The notes under the pieces were generated by a model, which saw nothing but the letters and a program-made list of their open reading frames with translations, did not search any database and was not told the origin of the DNA. A stretch of 64,000 nucleotides of DNA from Patescibacteria group bacterium (GTDB lineage: Bacteria; Patescibacteriota; Patescibacteriia; SG8-24; DYFX01): assembly GCA_030583805.1 (NCBI GenBank), contig CP129476.1:669640-733639 (forward strand). Direction: 5' to 3'. Both the position numbers and the translations under genes were made by a program. Positions 1 to 11,982 of the stretch are shown piece by piece (within the stretch, counting starts at the first letter, position 1; the number at the start of each line of letters is the position of its first letter).

Positions 1-777
1 GACGATCCAGAGAAGGATCAGCCAGTACAGCACGTTCGGAACGGTGCCGAGGTTGAATCCCGCGGCGCTCAGGATCGCGTTGAGGACGATCGGGGCCGTC
101 GCGGCGTACGCCGAGGCGATAAAGGCGCGCTTCCACGGCCATGCGCGCTTCACGAGCTTGAGCGCGAACCACAAGAGCAGGCCATGCAGCGCGACACTGA
201 GCAGGAATCCGACCCATGTCGCCCCGAACACCATGAGCGTCATGAACAGCGCGCCGAGGAACAGCGCGAGCGGCGTCCAACGGGCGAACTCTCCGAGCGC
301 TTTCTCGCGCGACACGGAAAAATTCGGGATCTTCTTGAAAGAAGAGAACCGCGCTTCGTGATCGCTCGTGCGCTGCATGATTCCGTCGTAGCCGATCACG
401 ATCGTGTTGATCGATCCTGCCTCATACGGCGGAAGCGCGGCGGTCGCCGTCGCGGTATCGATCACGACGAACGATCCGTCATCGGAGAATTTGAGCGGCT
501 GCTCGAGATTGCTCGACAATCGGCCGTCCTTCATTTCGAAGACGGTGCCGGCCGGCACGCGGGCAAGCACGTTCTCCGTCGCGTAGCGCAGCGCGCGCGG
601 CACTTCGACGAAGAAGATGATCAAGAACGGCAGCGTCCAGAGGAACAACGAGAGCAGCGCGAGATGCGCGGCGGCTTCGCCGGGCTTGCGGTCTTCGAGG
701 CGACGGTAAAAGTCGGGGCGGCTCGAAGCGGCGACGGCGGTACGGATCCAGTGACGGAGCCAGGCGAAGAATTTCAT
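1..777 (-). CDS. Polytopic membrane protein, 3' end (C-terminus) runs off the left edge of the window; possibly DUF1189-like
   Basis: ATG is the reverse complement of 775-777, 2 nt after the gyrA stop. The minus-strand translation MKFFAWLRHWIRT...LFLWTLPFLIIFFVEV... has several hydrophobic helices. No stop occurs before the window edge, so the ORF track does not list it. Confidence 0.55.
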   Translation of the reverse strand, partial: MKFFAWLRHWIRTAVAASSRPDFYRRLEDRKPGEAAAHLALLSLFLWTLPFLIIFFVEVPRALRYATENVLARVPAGTVFEMKDGRLSSNLEQPLKFSDDGSFVVIDTATATAALPPYEAGSINTIVIGYDGIMQRTSDHEARFSSFKKIPNFSVSREKALGEFARWTPLALFLGALFMTLMVFGATWVGFLLSVALHGLLLWFALKLVKRAWPWKRAFIASAYAATAPIVLNAILSAAGFNLGTVPNVLYWLILLWIV

Positions 778-778
778 G

Positions 779-3250
779 TTAGACCAGGGTTACGCTCGAG
801 ACGGAGTCTTTCTCGGCCTTGAAGCGCATGACGCGCACGCCCTGCGTCTGTCGGCCGAGCTGCGGAACGGTCGCGAGCGGGAAGCGGATGACTTGGCCCT
901 TTTCGGAGATGACGATCACGTCGCGGTCATCCTTGGAGTTGATGAGAAGCGCCTGGACGATCGGTCCGGTCTTGGCGGTGACTTCGGCGGTCTTGATGCC
1001 CGAACCCGCGCGTCCCTGCACCTTGTATTCGCTCAAGTTGGTGCGCTTGCCGAAGCCGTGTTCCATGACGACCATGAGATCGAAGGCTCCCTTGTCGACC
1101 GACTTGCCGTCGACGACATCCATGCCGACGATGGCGTCCTTCCCCTTCATGCGCATGCCGGTCACGCCGGCGGCCGAACGGCCCATGGCGCGCACATCCT
1201 TCTCGTTGAAGCGGATCGACTGTCCCTGCGCGGTGACGAGAATAATGTCGTCGTTGCCGCCAGAAGGCTTCACCCATTCGAGGTTGTCCTCGGGGCGGAT
1301 CTTGATAGCGATGAGGCCCGAGCGGCGCACGTCCTTGAATTCGGAAATTTCCGTCTTCTTGATGACGCCGTTCTTCGTGACCATCACGAGATATTTGGCG
1401 TCGACGAGTTCGGAAGCCGCCATCGAGGAGGAAACCTTTTCGTTGGGCGCGAGCTGCAAGAAGTTGACGATGGCCTGGCCCTTCGAGGTGCGCGAGGCCT
1501 GCGGCACGTCGTACGCCTTGAGCTGGAAGACGCGTCCGCGCGTCGTGAAGAACAAGAGGTCGGCGTGCGTGTTGGTCGTGAACATCTGGCTCACGATGTC
1601 CTCTTCCTTGGTGGCGATGCCGGCGACGCCTTTGCCGCCGCGCGATTGCTGCTTGAAGGTGTCGGGATGCACGCGCTTGATGTAGCCGTCGGCGGTCAGC
1701 ATGACGATCGTCGGCTCGTTGGCGACGAAGTCTTCGGCGGAGAATTCCTTCACGCCGTGCGCGACGATCTGCGTCTTGCGGTCGGTAGCGTGCTTGTCGC
1801 GCAGCGTTTTTACTTCATCCTTGATGATGCCGAGGATGCGCTTCGGGGATTCCAAAATCGCTTCGAGCTCCTTGATGAGCGCGAGCTTCTCTTTCAGCTC
1901 GTCCGTAATCTTTTTCGCTTCGAGGTTGGCGAGCTGCTGGAGGCGCATGTCGAGCACGGCCTGCGCCTGGATGTCGTCCAGCTTGAACTTGGCTTTCAAG
2001 TTCGCCTTGGCTTCGTCCTTGTCCTTGGAGGCCTTGATCGTCTTGATGACGGCGTCGAGGTTGTCGAGCGCGATCTTCAAGCCCTTCAAAATATGGGCGC
2101 GTTCCTTGGCGCGGGCGAGGTCGAAAGCGGTGCGGCGGCGGACGACTTCTTGGCGGTGCTTCACGTAGGCTTCGAGCACCGCTTTCAAGTTCATGATGCG
2201 CGGCTGGATGCCGCCGTCGAGCGCCAGCATGTTGACGTGGAACGTCTCCTGGAGCTGCGTCAGGTTGAAAAGGCGGTTCAGCACCTTCTTCGGATACGCG
2301 TCGCGCTTGAGTTCGATAACGACGCGCACGCCGTCCTTGTTGGATTCGTCGCGGAGATCTTTGATGCCTTCGATTTTCTTCTCGCGGACGAGATCGGCGA
2401 TCTTCTCGAGCAGCTGCGCCTTGTTCACCTGGTACGGAACTTCGTTCACGATGATATTGAAGCCGCTCTTGGTTTCGACGATGTCCGTCTTGGCGCGCAT
2501 GACGATGCCGCCCTTGCCGGTCGCGTAGGCTTTTTTGATTTCCTTGGCGTCGTAAATGATGCCGCCCGTCGGGAAGTCGGGGCCTTTGATGAATTTGGTC
2601 AAATCGTCGACGGAACAATCCTTCTCGTCGATGAGGTGCATGACGGCGTCGCACACTTCGCCGACGTTATGCGGCGGAATGTTGGTGGCCATGCCGACCG
2701 CGATACCGAGCGTGCCGTTGATGAGCAGGTTCGGGAGCTTGGCGGGAAGCACCGTCGGTTCCTTGTGGGCGCCGTCGTAGTTCGGCACGAAGTCGACCGT
2801 GTCGCGTTCGATGTCCTGCAGCATCTCTTCGGAAATGCCGTGGAGCTTGGCCTCCGTATAACGCATGGCGGCGGCGTTGTCACCGTCCATCGAGCCGAAG
2901 TTGCCTTGGCCGTGGACGAGCGGGGCGCGCATCGCGAAATCCTGGGCCATGCGGACCATGGAGTCGTAAATGGCGGAGTCGCCGTGCGGGTGGTACTTGG
3001 CCATGACTTCACCGACCACGTTCGCCGACTTGCGGAATTTGGCGCTGGGGCGGAGTCCGATCGACCACATCGCGTACAGGATGCGACGATGCACCGGCTT
3101 CAAGCCGTCGCGCACGTCCGGAAGGGCGCGCGAGACGATGACGGACATGGCGTAGTCCAAATACGAATCCTGGACTTCGTCCACGATGGAGCGAGGTTCG
3201 AGGCGGCCGACATTCAGTTCGTCGATGGAAGTCTGTTCAGGCGGTTTCAT
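779..3250 (-). CDS. gyrA: DNA gyrase subunit A
   Basis: 823 aa. It has the N-terminal breakage-reunion domain with the active-site motif [10 protein letters not shown] and the C-terminal beta-pinwheel repeats. Similarity to GyrA is unambiguous. Confidence 0.95.
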   Translation of the reverse strand: MKPPEQTSIDELNVGRLEPRSIVDEVQDSYLDYAMSVIVSRALPDVRDGLKPVHRRILYAMWSIGLRPSAKFRKSANVVGEVMAKYHPHGDSAIYDSMVRMAQDFAMRAPLVHGQGNFGSMDGDNAAAMRYTEAKLHGISEEMLQDIERDTVDFVPNYDGAHKEPTVLPAKLPNLLINGTLGIAVGMATNIPPHNVGEVCDAVMHLIDEKDCSVDDLTKFIKGPDFPTGGIIYDAKEIKKAYATGKGGIVMRAKTDIVETKSGFNIIVNEVPYQVNKAQLLEKIADLVREKKIEGIKDLRDESNKDGVRVVIELKRDAYPKKVLNRLFNLTQLQETFHVNMLALDGGIQPRIMNLKAVLEAYVKHRQEVVRRRTAFDLARAKERAHILKGLKIALDNLDAVIKTIKASKDKDEAKANLKAKFKLDDIQAQAVLDMRLQQLANLEAKKITDELKEKLALIKELEAILESPKRILGIIKDEVKTLRDKHATDRKTQIVAHGVKEFSAEDFVANEPTIVMLTADGYIKRVHPDTFKQQSRGGKGVAGIATKEEDIVSQMFTTNTHADLLFFTTRGRVFQLKAYDVPQASRTSKGQAIVNFLQLAPNEKVSSSMAASELVDAKYLVMVTKNGVIKKTEISEFKDVRRSGLIAIKIRPEDNLEWVKPSGGNDDIILVTAQGQSIRFNEKDVRAMGRSAAGVTGMRMKGKDAIVGMDVVDGKSVDKGAFDLMVVMEHGFGKRTNLSEYKVQGRAGSGIKTAEVTAKTGPIVQALLINSKDDRDVIVISEKGQVIRFPLATVPQLGRQTQGVRVMRFKAEKDSVSSVTLV

Positions 3251-3255
3251 AGGAT

Positions 3256-3657
3256 TCAGGGTTGGTCCGCCAAAGCTTCATCGGCGGCGGACGTTTCGTT
3301 TTCCGTTTCAGGTGTCGTCGTGGCGGCTCCGGCGGCGATCTTGGCTTTGAGCGTCGCGAGCGCTTCGCTTTGCGTTCGTTGCGCGCGCACGATCGAGCCA
3401 AGCGCGTCCGAGACCTCAAGGAGCGTTGTCTTGATCGGCATGGCTCGCGTGACCACGCCGTCGGCCAAGACCGACCAGCGCGGCGCGTCGCTTGGCTGCG
3501 TGCCGAACTTCTGATACCGCAGCGTTAGCGCGTACAAACCCGTAATGGCGAGCATCGAAACGCCGACCAAGACTCCGAGCAGGAGTTCCTGCTGAGCCTT
3601 GGTGCGTCCCGCGCCGGGCGGCGCGGCGTACGGCGGTTTGTGCGCTTTGCGCGGCAT
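3256..3657 (-). CDS. Small single-pass membrane protein (hypothetical)
   Basis: The internal ATG (MPRKAHK...) overlaps the upstream stop as ATGA at 3657. There is one predicted TM helix ([20 protein letters not shown]). It is co-directional with the flanking genes, so likely part of an operon. Confidence 0.5.
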   Translation of the reverse strand: MPRKAHKPPYAAPPGAGRTKAQQELLLGVLVGVSMLAITGLYALTLRYQKFGTQPSDAPRWSVLADGVVTRAMPIKTTLLEVSDALGSIVRAQRTQSEALATLKAKIAAGAATTTPETENETSAADEALADQP

Positions 3658-4307
3658 CAGGCTTTGGAGAGAAGAACGATGAACGTTTCGTCTTGCGGCA
3701 GATCTTTTTTCGTAACCTTCCACTTGTCGCTTTCGATCGTCTTGGCGCCGAGCTCTTTAACGAACGGCGCGACGTCGCCAGCCGTGAGCGCGAGATCTTT
3801 CATCTTATAGTGCATCGGGATCACGACGCGCGGCTCCATGCGCGTGACGAGGTCGGCCGCGGCCTGGGCCGCGAGGACGTCTCCCCCGCCGACCGGGATC
3901 ATGAGCACGTCGACTTCGCCGATCTGCGCGAGCTGGTCGTCGGTGAGCGGCTTGTCGAGGCCGCCGAGGTGCACCACGCGCACGTCATCGACGAGGAAAT
4001 GATAGATGGTGTTGCGGTGATAGTCCTTCGATTCGCCTTTCTCGTGCGCCGCGGGCGTGCCGTAGATCGGAATGCCGCGAACTTCGTATTCGCCTGGATG
4101 CGAGACGAGGAACGCTTTCTCCCCCGCCGCTTCGACGTTGTTGTGGTGGTCGTGCGTGCGGCGGCTGATCGTCAGGATGTCCGCGTTCAGGTTGCGCGGA
4201 AGCTTTCCGACTTTGTCCGAATAGGGGTCGGTGACAAGACTGACTTCCTCGTTACCGATTTTCGTCGTGATCTTGAAGCAGGAAACCCCGAAAAACTGGA
4301 TCGTCAT
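3657..4307 (-). CDS. MBL-fold metallo-hydrolase (UPF0173-like)
   Basis: 216 aa with a His/Asp-rich metallo-beta-lactamase-fold pattern (TISRRTHDHH, HLGG, PVGG). The length is typical of small Zn-dependent hydrolases. Confidence 0.7.
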   Translation of the reverse strand: MTIQFFGVSCFKITTKIGNEEVSLVTDPYSDKVGKLPRNLNADILTISRRTHDHHNNVEAAGEKAFLVSHPGEYEVRGIPIYGTPAAHEKGESKDYHRNTIYHFLVDDVRVVHLGGLDKPLTDDQLAQIGEVDVLMIPVGGGDVLAAQAAADLVTRMEPRVVIPMHYKMKDLALTAGDVAPFVKELGAKTIESDKWKVTKKDLPQDETFIVLLSKA

Positions 4308-4394
4308 GTGAGGCGAGTGAGGCTGTTTTTACGGGTCTACTTTAGCATCGACGCGCGGGCGCGGCAAGGGGTCGCCGGGACGAAAAAACGCCCT

Positions 4395-4673
4395 TCACCA
4401 ATCGAAGGGCGCCCGGGGCAGAAGCGGCGGAAGGCCGGCGAAGCTGACGGCGAACTGCGTGAGAGAGATCGCGCAAAGGACGATGCCGGCCGCGAGGTAC
4501 GCGCGCCGGTATGCGCCGCGGAAGCGGAGGCACGCGATGCCGCAAAGAGCGGAAAGTACGGCGAACGCGATGACGGGAAAGAGAAAGGCGGGCGGTACGA
4601 CGACGAGGCTGGCGAAGACGTTCCGCCATCGGGAAGCGGGCGCGCGTTGCGCGGTACGGCTGAGCACGGGCAT
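4395..4673 (-). CDS. Small membrane protein (hypothetical)
   Basis: 92 aa with two hydrophobic helices. It is followed on the minus strand by a hairpin plus T-run at ~4378-4410. Confidence 0.4.
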   Translation of the reverse strand: MPVLSRTAQRAPASRWRNVFASLVVVPPAFLFPVIAFAVLSALCGIACLRFRGAYRRAYLAAGIVLCAISLTQFAVSFAGLPPLLPRAPFDW

Positions 4674-4732
4674 GCGCGACTCCTTGGCGGGTTATCTTCA
4701 AGGTAAGGCCGGGTAACGTTCGCGTCAACGCA

Positions 4733-4758
4733 AAACCCCGCCGAAGCGGGGTTTTTGT
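4733..4758 (-). terminator. Rho-independent terminator downstream of the cytochrome b5-like gene
   Basis: The sequence aaaaccccgccgaagcggggttttt is a GC hairpin with a flanking A/T run. Confidence 0.6.
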
Positions 4759-4762
4759 GCGG

Positions 4763-5224
4763 TTACTTCAACGCACCAATCTTGAATGATGCGAGTCTGT
4801 TCTCCTGAAGCGCGGAACCGCCGTGCTGGTTGTTGAAGGTGGCACTACCGTCTCTGCCGCAGAGCGACAAGATGGCGCTCTCGCCGCCGGGGTGTTTGCC
4901 GATCCACGAGGTGAGGTCGTAGACCGAGCCGTTGATGGCGGACCAACAGCTGGCAGCGCCGGCGTGCGCCGCGACTTCGGCCATCGTATAGGTCTTCGCG
5001 CCGGTTGGTTCGTCGGAAACCGGAGGCGTCGGCTCGGGTTCAGTCTCCGTCTCCGGAGGCGGACAGCATGGCGGTTCGGGTGTCGGGGTGGGCTCGGGCG
5101 CGGGTTCGGGAGTCGGCGCCGGGGCAGGCTGCTCTTGAGCGGCGGGCGGCAGCGTCGTCGTCGAGGCGCAGCCTGCGCCGACGAGAATCAAAACTGAAGC
5201 GAAAGAAAGCAGGATTTTTTTCAT
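4763..5224 (-). CDS. Lipoprotein with a Pro/Glu/Thr-rich linker and a cytochrome b5-like heme-binding domain
   Basis: Start MKKILLSFASVLILVGAGC is a lipobox signal peptide with an AAGGAGG SD 6 nt upstream. The long PEPTPEP linker is followed by a cyt-b5 signature region ending ...SWIGKHPGGESAIL. Confidence 0.7.
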   Translation of the reverse strand: MKKILLSFASVLILVGAGCASTTTLPPAAQEQPAPAPTPEPAPEPTPTPEPPCCPPPETETEPEPTPPVSDEPTGAKTYTMAEVAAHAGAASCWSAINGSVYDLTSWIGKHPGGESAILSLCGRDGSATFNNQHGGSALQENRLASFKIGALK

Positions 5225-5289
5225 AGGTAATAACAAGTAAGGAGGTCTTCGGCCAGTATAACAAAAACGCCTTGAGACAAGGCGCGTGG

Positions 5290-5625
5290 TCAAGCGGACT
5301 TTCGGAGGAGGTCTTTTCCGGCGTCGGTGAGATGAAACTTGTGGACCTTGAGATGCTTCAAGAAGCCGTCGATCGTAACAGGCTCGATATCAATCGTGCG
5401 TCGCACGTAGCCGGCATCCTCAAGCTTCGTGAGAAAATGGTACGGGAAAGCGATGCCTGTGACGCTGCAGATTTCGAGACCGGACATGCCCTCCAACGGC
5501 GCGCCGCGCAGCACGTAGAGCACGAGACGGGTCTGGCCTTTGCCGCCGACCCAGATGAACATGGCGACGTGGTAGACGGTCCAGAGCGCCGCGAACGCGA
5601 TGAGCCAATTGACGTGAATGTACAT
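5290..5625 (-). CDS. Membrane-anchored winged-helix (PadR/MarR-like) protein
   Basis: Start MYIHVNWL has an AAGGAGGG SD. There is an N-terminal TM helix followed by a wHTH-like segment (SGLEICSVTGIAFPYHFLTKLEDAGYVRR). Confidence 0.55.
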   Translation of the reverse strand: MYIHVNWLIAFAALWTVYHVAMFIWVGGKGQTRLVLYVLRGAPLEGMSGLEICSVTGIAFPYHFLTKLEDAGYVRRTIDIEPVTIDGFLKHLKVHKFHLTDAGKDLLRKSA

Positions 5626-5708
5626 GAACCCTCCTTGGGCATGTGCACGCTCCAAATATCACGGGCCGGAGAACGCGTCAACGCGCGTAGAAAAGAAAAA
5701 CGCCACGT

Positions 5709-6230
5709 TCAGCGTGGCGAGATAGCCGCTTCGATGCGGTCTTCGATCAGGCGTTCGAACTCGGGTTCCGGTTGCGCGAGAGCGCGGCGAATCTCGTTCG
5801 CGTCTTTCGCTCCGGCGGCGAAGAGCAGCGCGTAGCGCCAGTGGATGGCGATATCTTCGCTCCCGCGTTTCGGAAAGAGCATCGCGTCCTTCTCGATCGA
5901 GGGGCGAAACTGTTTGCTGCAGCGCAGGAGATGATCGCACTGGTCGGGATCGACGCGACGGCGCAGGTGCGGATGGCGCGTGTAGTACCACACCGCCTCG
6001 CGAATGAAGCGCAGCGCTTCCGCGCCGCCTTCATATGTGAGCGTGACGCGCGCGCCGTTCACGGTCTCGATCAGCGTGAGCTTGTCGAATCTCACTTCGC
6101 AGACGCGCGGCGCGCCGAACTTCATCTGCCGCATGAACGCGACGGACGCCTCGCCGGTCGGACACGCCACCGGCGTGCCGGCGGCGCAGCGCCAAGCGTC
6201 GTTCGCGGTGGAGGTGAGAATGTCGATCAC
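5709..6230 (-). CDS. Hypothetical protein
   Basis: A candidate GTG start is coupled to the upstream stop (GTGA at 6227-6230). The alternative long ORF start (6287) would overlap the upstream gene by 60 nt. No recognisable domain. Confidence 0.4.
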   Translation of the reverse strand: MIDILTSTANDAWRCAAGTPVACPTGEASVAFMRQMKFGAPRVCEVRFDKLTLIETVNGARVTLTYEGGAEALRFIREAVWYYTRHPHLRRRVDPDQCDHLLRCSKQFRPSIEKDAMLFPKRGSEDIAIHWRYALLFAAGAKDANEIRRALAQPEPEFERLIEDRIEAAISPR

Positions 6231-6640
6231 ATCCGCTCCACACGGTAGCGCGCGAGTTCTCTCCGGCCCTTGGCCGTGAGAACGCACCGATAGATGGAAA
6301 CATCCAGCGCCCTGCCGTCGCTCGTCACCGTCGTCCTCTCCTCGACGACGTGCTCCAAGTACCCGTCTTCCAAAAGAGAGCCGAGCGCAACGTGGGGCGC
6401 CGTGAGATAGAGCGCCTTGCCGATCTCCCTGCCCGTGCAGCCCTCCGGCTTCTTCTCGATGATCGAAAGGATCCGGGGGCGCAGCCAGAGCTGGTAGCGA
6501 TACCAGACGTAGCCAGCGAAGCCGACGCCGAGCAGCACGCCGAGCACCGTCCCGAGAACGGGACCGAGCGCCATGCGGAGCGACTGCGTCGCGATGATCG
6601 GGAACAGGAACAAGACGAGCAAAATGTGTCTCTTTTTCAC
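6227..6640 (-). CDS. Membrane-anchored winged-helix protein, paralogue of 5290-5625
   Basis: GTG start (VKKRHILLVLF) has an AAGGAGG SD 7 nt upstream. It has an N-terminal TM helix plus wHTH (TGREIGKALYLTAPHVALGSLLEDGYLEHV), the same architecture as 5290-5625. Confidence 0.55.
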   Translation of the reverse strand: MKKRHILLVLFLFPIIATQSLRMALGPVLGTVLGVLLGVGFAGYVWYRYQLWLRPRILSIIEKKPEGCTGREIGKALYLTAPHVALGSLLEDGYLEHVVEERTTVTSDGRALDVSIYRCVLTAKGRRELARYRVERM

Positions 6641-6793
6641 GGGTGTTCCTCCTTGCTGACCGGGAAAGATATATCGCAAAAAAGCGTCAGCGTCAAGGCA
6701 ACGTGCCGAGCCGTTGTTTGGCGTAATTCCCCTTCCTTATATGCGCGCCGCTTTCCTTCTCGGCGCCGCCTGGCCGGCGCGGCCGGGGAGGAC

Positions 6794-6822
6794 TTGCCAA
6801 ATACGGGGTTTTTACCTATACT
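6794..6822 (+). promoter_or_regulatory. Sigma-70-type promoter for rpsA
   Basis: TTGCCA at 6794-6799, a 17-nt spacer, then TATACT at 6817-6822. A hairpin (ggagccaccgggcggctcc, ~6836-6858) sits in the leader. There is no canonical SD before the rpsA ATG. Confidence 0.55.
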
Positions 6823-6914
6823 CCGGACGGACGAAAAGGAGCCACCGGGCGGCTCCCTCATTAATTCTTAAGAGGCCCGGATTTATTTAGGAAAACTTTA
6901 TTCTTAACCCCCGT

Positions 6915-8037
6915 ATGTCAGAAACCAAAACCGCTAAACTCGACCTGAAGGCCCTGCTCGAAGACAAGAGCTGGCTGAACATCCCGAAGGTCGGCGACGT
7001 CGTCAAAGGCGTCATTATCTCGCTCTCCAAGAACGAAATCCGCATCGACATTGACGGCTATAAGACCGGTGTCGTTCGCGGTCGCGAACTGTTCGCGGAA
7101 GCCGTCGAATACGCCGATCTCGCGGTCGGCCAGGAAGTCGAAGCGACCGTCATCGATCTCGAAAACGAGCTCGGCGAGGTCGAATTGTCGTTCCGCTACG
7201 CCGGCCAGCAGAAGGCCTGGGAAGTCCTCCGCAAGCTCATGGACTCCGGCGAACTCGTCGACGCCAAGATCATCGAAGCCAACAAGGGCGGCTTGCTCGC
7301 CAACGTGAACCACGTGAACGGCTTCCTCCCGGTTTCGCAGCTCTCCCCCGACAACTACCCGCGCGTGTCCGGCGGCGACAAGATCAAGATTCTCGAGAAG
7401 CTGAAGAGCTTCGTCGGCACCACGATGAAGGTCAAAGTCATCGACGTGAACGAGCGCGAAGAGAAGCTGATCGTCTCCGAGAAGTCCGTCTGGGAAGAAG
7501 CCCAGAAGGGCGTGCTCGACAAGTACAAGCTCGGCGACGTCGTCGAGGGCACGATCACCGCGATTGCCGACTTCGGCGTCTTCGTGAAGTTCGACAACCT
7601 CGAAGGCCTCGTCCACATTTCCGAAATCGCCTGGCAGCGCATCGACCACCCGCGCGACCTGGTGAAGGTCGGCGAAACCGTCAAAGCCGAAATCATCGGC
7701 ATTGAAGGCTCCAAGATCTTCCTCTCGATGAAGAAGCTCATCCAGGACCCGTGGAAGACGGTCAACGACAAGTACAAGATCGGCGACAAAGTCGAAGGCA
7801 AGATCCTGAAGATCAACCCGTTCGGTTTCTTCGTCGAACTCGACCGCGACATCCACGGTCTCGCGCACATCTCCGAACTCTCGAAAAAACCGGTCAAGAA
7901 CGTCACCGAAATCGCGAAGATCGGCGACACCATGACCTTCAAAATCGTCTCGATCGAGCCGGAACAGCATCGCCTGGGCCTCTCGCTGAAGGCTCTCGAA
8001 GAAGGTGGTTCCAGTGAGGCCGAGGCTCCCAAAGCCA

Positions 8038-8045
<8 letters not shown>
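6915..8045 (+). CDS. rpsA: 30S ribosomal protein S1 (four S1 domains, short form)
   Basis: 376 aa with four repeats of the S1 RNA-binding domain (GDVVKGVI..., GQEVEATV..., GDVVEGTI..., GDKVEGKI...). Confidence 0.9.
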
Positions 8046-9855
<1,810 letters not shown>

Positions 9856-9861
9856 CAGAAA

Positions 9862-9895
9862 AGAACCGGCTCCCGAAAGGGGCCGGTTCTTGCGT
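9862..9895 (+). terminator. Hairpin terminator after ftsH
   Basis: The sequence gaaccggctcccgaaaggggccggttc is followed by T-rich sequence. Confidence 0.5.
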
Positions 9896-9923
9896 TCTAA
9901 GGCGAATTCGCTACCATGCCGAC

Positions 9924-10451
9924 ATGAAGATCTACGTCGGATCGCTCAATCCCGCCAAAGTCGACGCCGTGCGCGAAGCGCTGGCCGACTATCCCGTCTT
10001 CGCCGCCTGCGAAGTCGTCGGTTTTGAAGCGTCTTCCGGCGTGTCGGAGCAACCGAAAACGCTCGACGAAACGATGCGTGGCGCGATTGCTCGGGCCAAG
10101 CACGCCTGGCAGGAAGGCGGCATCGGATTCGGCTTGGAGTCCGGGCTCATGCAGGTACCCCACACTGAAACCGGCCACATGGACGTTTGCGTCTGCGCGA
10201 TCTGGGACGGCGAGAAACACGTCGCCGGCATCTCCTCCGCCTGGGAATGCCCGCCGGAAATCACGAAGATGATGCTGAGCGAGGGTCTGACCATGAACGA
10301 CGCTTTCTACAAATCCGGGCGCACGGACGATCCGAAGATCGGCAGCTCCATCGGCGCGATCGGTTTGCTGACGGAAGGCCGCGTCGACCGCAAAGCCTAC
10401 ACCAAGCAGGCGATCCACATGGCGATGATCCATTTGAAGAAGCCGGAATAA
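9924..10451 (+). CDS. Non-canonical purine NTP phosphatase (YjjX/inosine-xanthosine triphosphatase family)
   Basis: 175 aa. The N-terminus MKIYVGSLNPAKVDAV and the SGVSEQP motif are typical of the YjjX/Maf-Ham1-like fold. Confidence 0.6.
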   Translation: MKIYVGSLNPAKVDAVREALADYPVFAACEVVGFEASSGVSEQPKTLDETMRGAIARAKHAWQEGGIGFGLESGLMQVPHTETGHMDVCVCAIWDGEKHVAGISSAWECPPEITKMMLSEGLTMNDAFYKSGRTDDPKIGSSIGAIGLLTEGRVDRKAYTKQAIHMAMIHLKKPE

Positions 10452-10476
10452 AAAAAGCGACCTGCAGGAGGTCGGA

Positions 10477-10827
10477 TCAGAAGATGGACGATTCGTCCTT
10501 GAACGTGAACAGCGGCTTGCGCTTCTTGCGGCGCACACGGTACGGATACCCTTCCTCGATGCCGAGCGTGACGGTTTCATAGCCGTCATCTTTCTTTTTC
10601 GGAGATGGCGGCGCTGCGCTGGTGGACCTCTGCGGCGGTGCGGGTGCGGGCTGGATCGGGTCCGTCTTGGGTCCAACGACCTCTCGCTCTTCGGTCTGGC
10701 GCGCAGGAAGCGCGTCCCGCACCGTGCGAACCGGTGGCAGCTTCTCCATGAATCGGGAGGCGCGTCGTCGACGCAGCTCGTTCAACGCGATCAAACCGAT
10801 ACAAAAAACGATGGCTGCGAAATACAT
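10477..10827 (-). CDS. Small membrane-anchored protein (hypothetical)
   Basis: Start MYFAAIVFCIGLIAL has a GAGGAG SD. One TM helix is followed by a Pro-rich tail. Confidence 0.45.
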   Translation of the reverse strand: MYFAAIVFCIGLIALNELRRRRASRFMEKLPPVRTVRDALPARQTEEREVVGPKTDPIQPAPAPPQRSTSAAPPSPKKKDDGYETVTLGIEEGYPYRVRRKKRKPLFTFKDESSIF

Positions 10828-10950
10828 GCGCGGACTCCTCGAATGACCTGACACAGGTTAGCCAGAAATCTATGCGCCCGTCAAGACGTTCCTCTGCACC
10901 GCAGAGTGCGCTATACTGGAACCACTATGTTCGACTCACATGGAGGAGGT

Positions 10951-11949
10951 ATGACCAAGAAACCGTCCGGCACGTTTTATCGTCACATTTTGGCCGACGC
11001 CTGGCGCACCGTGCGCGCCAACAAGGCGCTCTGGCTCTTGGGTTTTTTCGTCTCATTCCTCGGAAACGGCGGCGTCTATGAGCTCCTGGTGCAGGGCACC
11101 GGCCGGCTCGGGCTCCGCGAAGATTTCGGCGGCTTCGCCTCGCTCGGGCTCCTGCCCGGCTGGGGGCGCTTCTCCTCGAGCCTTGCAGGGCTCGATGCCG
11201 GCAACGTCGTCGTGATCCTGCTCGTGGCCCTGACCGCGATCGCCATGACGGTGATCGCCTTCTGGGTCGTCATTTCGTCGCAAGGCGGCCTCATCGTCGG
11301 CGCGCGCGACGCCCAGCGCGGGCGCAAAACGACGTTCGGCTCGCTCTTCGCCGCCGGCAACGAAACGTTCGGCTCGCTCCTCGCGCTCAACATCCTCTCG
11401 CGCTTGGCGGTCATGGCGTTTTTCTACCTGCTCCTGGCGCTTACGGTACTCTACTTGGCCGACGCCAACATCTGGAGCGTGCTCGCCTACCTTTCCGGCT
11501 TCATCTTCCTGGTACCGATCACCTTGATCATCGGCTTCGTCACGATCTACGCCGCGTGCTATATCGCGCTCCAGCGCCTGTCGTTCGTCGCCGCCATCGA
11601 GTCGGCCATCGCGCTCTTCCGCAAGTACTGGCTGATCAGCGTCGAAACCGCGCTCATCCTGTTCGGCGTGAATCTGCTCGCCGCGCTCGGCATCGGTGCC
11701 GTGACCGGAGCGGTCGGCATCGCGCTCATCCCCTTCCTGATCGGCGCCTCGCTTCTCAAGAGCGCCGCGGTCCTCTCGCTCGTGGCGGCCGTGGCCGCGC
11801 TGATCGGCGTCCTCTTCCTCGCCTTCGTCGGCTCGTTCCTGGCCGCTTTCCAGTACGCGGTCTGGGTTTCCCTCTTCACCAAATTGCACACGCGCGGCCA
11901 CGGCGGCGCGTCCAAACTCGCCCGCTGGTTCCAGCGCTTGCTGAAATAA
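10951..11949 (+). CDS. Polytopic integral membrane protein (hypothetical)
   Basis: ATG at 10951 has a GGAGGAGG SD. About 8 hydrophobic segments are visible. It lies immediately upstream of pilB, but no PilC-like motifs were recognised. Confidence 0.6.
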   Translation: MTKKPSGTFYRHILADAWRTVRANKALWLLGFFVSFLGNGGVYELLVQGTGRLGLREDFGGFASLGLLPGWGRFSSSLAGLDAGNVVVILLVALTAIAMTVIAFWVVISSQGGLIVGARDAQRGRKTTFGSLFAAGNETFGSLLALNILSRLAVMAFFYLLLALTVLYLADANIWSVLAYLSGFIFLVPITLIIGFVTIYAACYIALQRLSFVAAIESAIALFRKYWLISVETALILFGVNLLAALGIGAVTGAVGIALIPFLIGASLLKSAAVLSLVAAVAALIGVLFLAFVGSFLAAFQYAVWVSLFTKLHTRGHGGASKLARWFQRLLK

Positions 11950-11982
11950 AAGGCCCCGGCTCTTGCTGGGACGCGAAATCGG

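Noticed and set aside
776-3514. 912-aa plus-strand ORF antisense to gyrA. Similar very long antisense ORFs are 6918-8342 and 7939-9744 (opposite rpsA/ftsH), 12001-14337 (opposite pilB), 13479-16181 (opposite 14610-16139), 35596-37218 and 39651-42710 (opposite the giant genes).
   Set aside because: These are typical stop-codon-poor off-frames in ~65% GC DNA. Their translations are Arg/Gly/Asp low-complexity with no motifs, while the opposite strand encodes clearly recognisable proteins.
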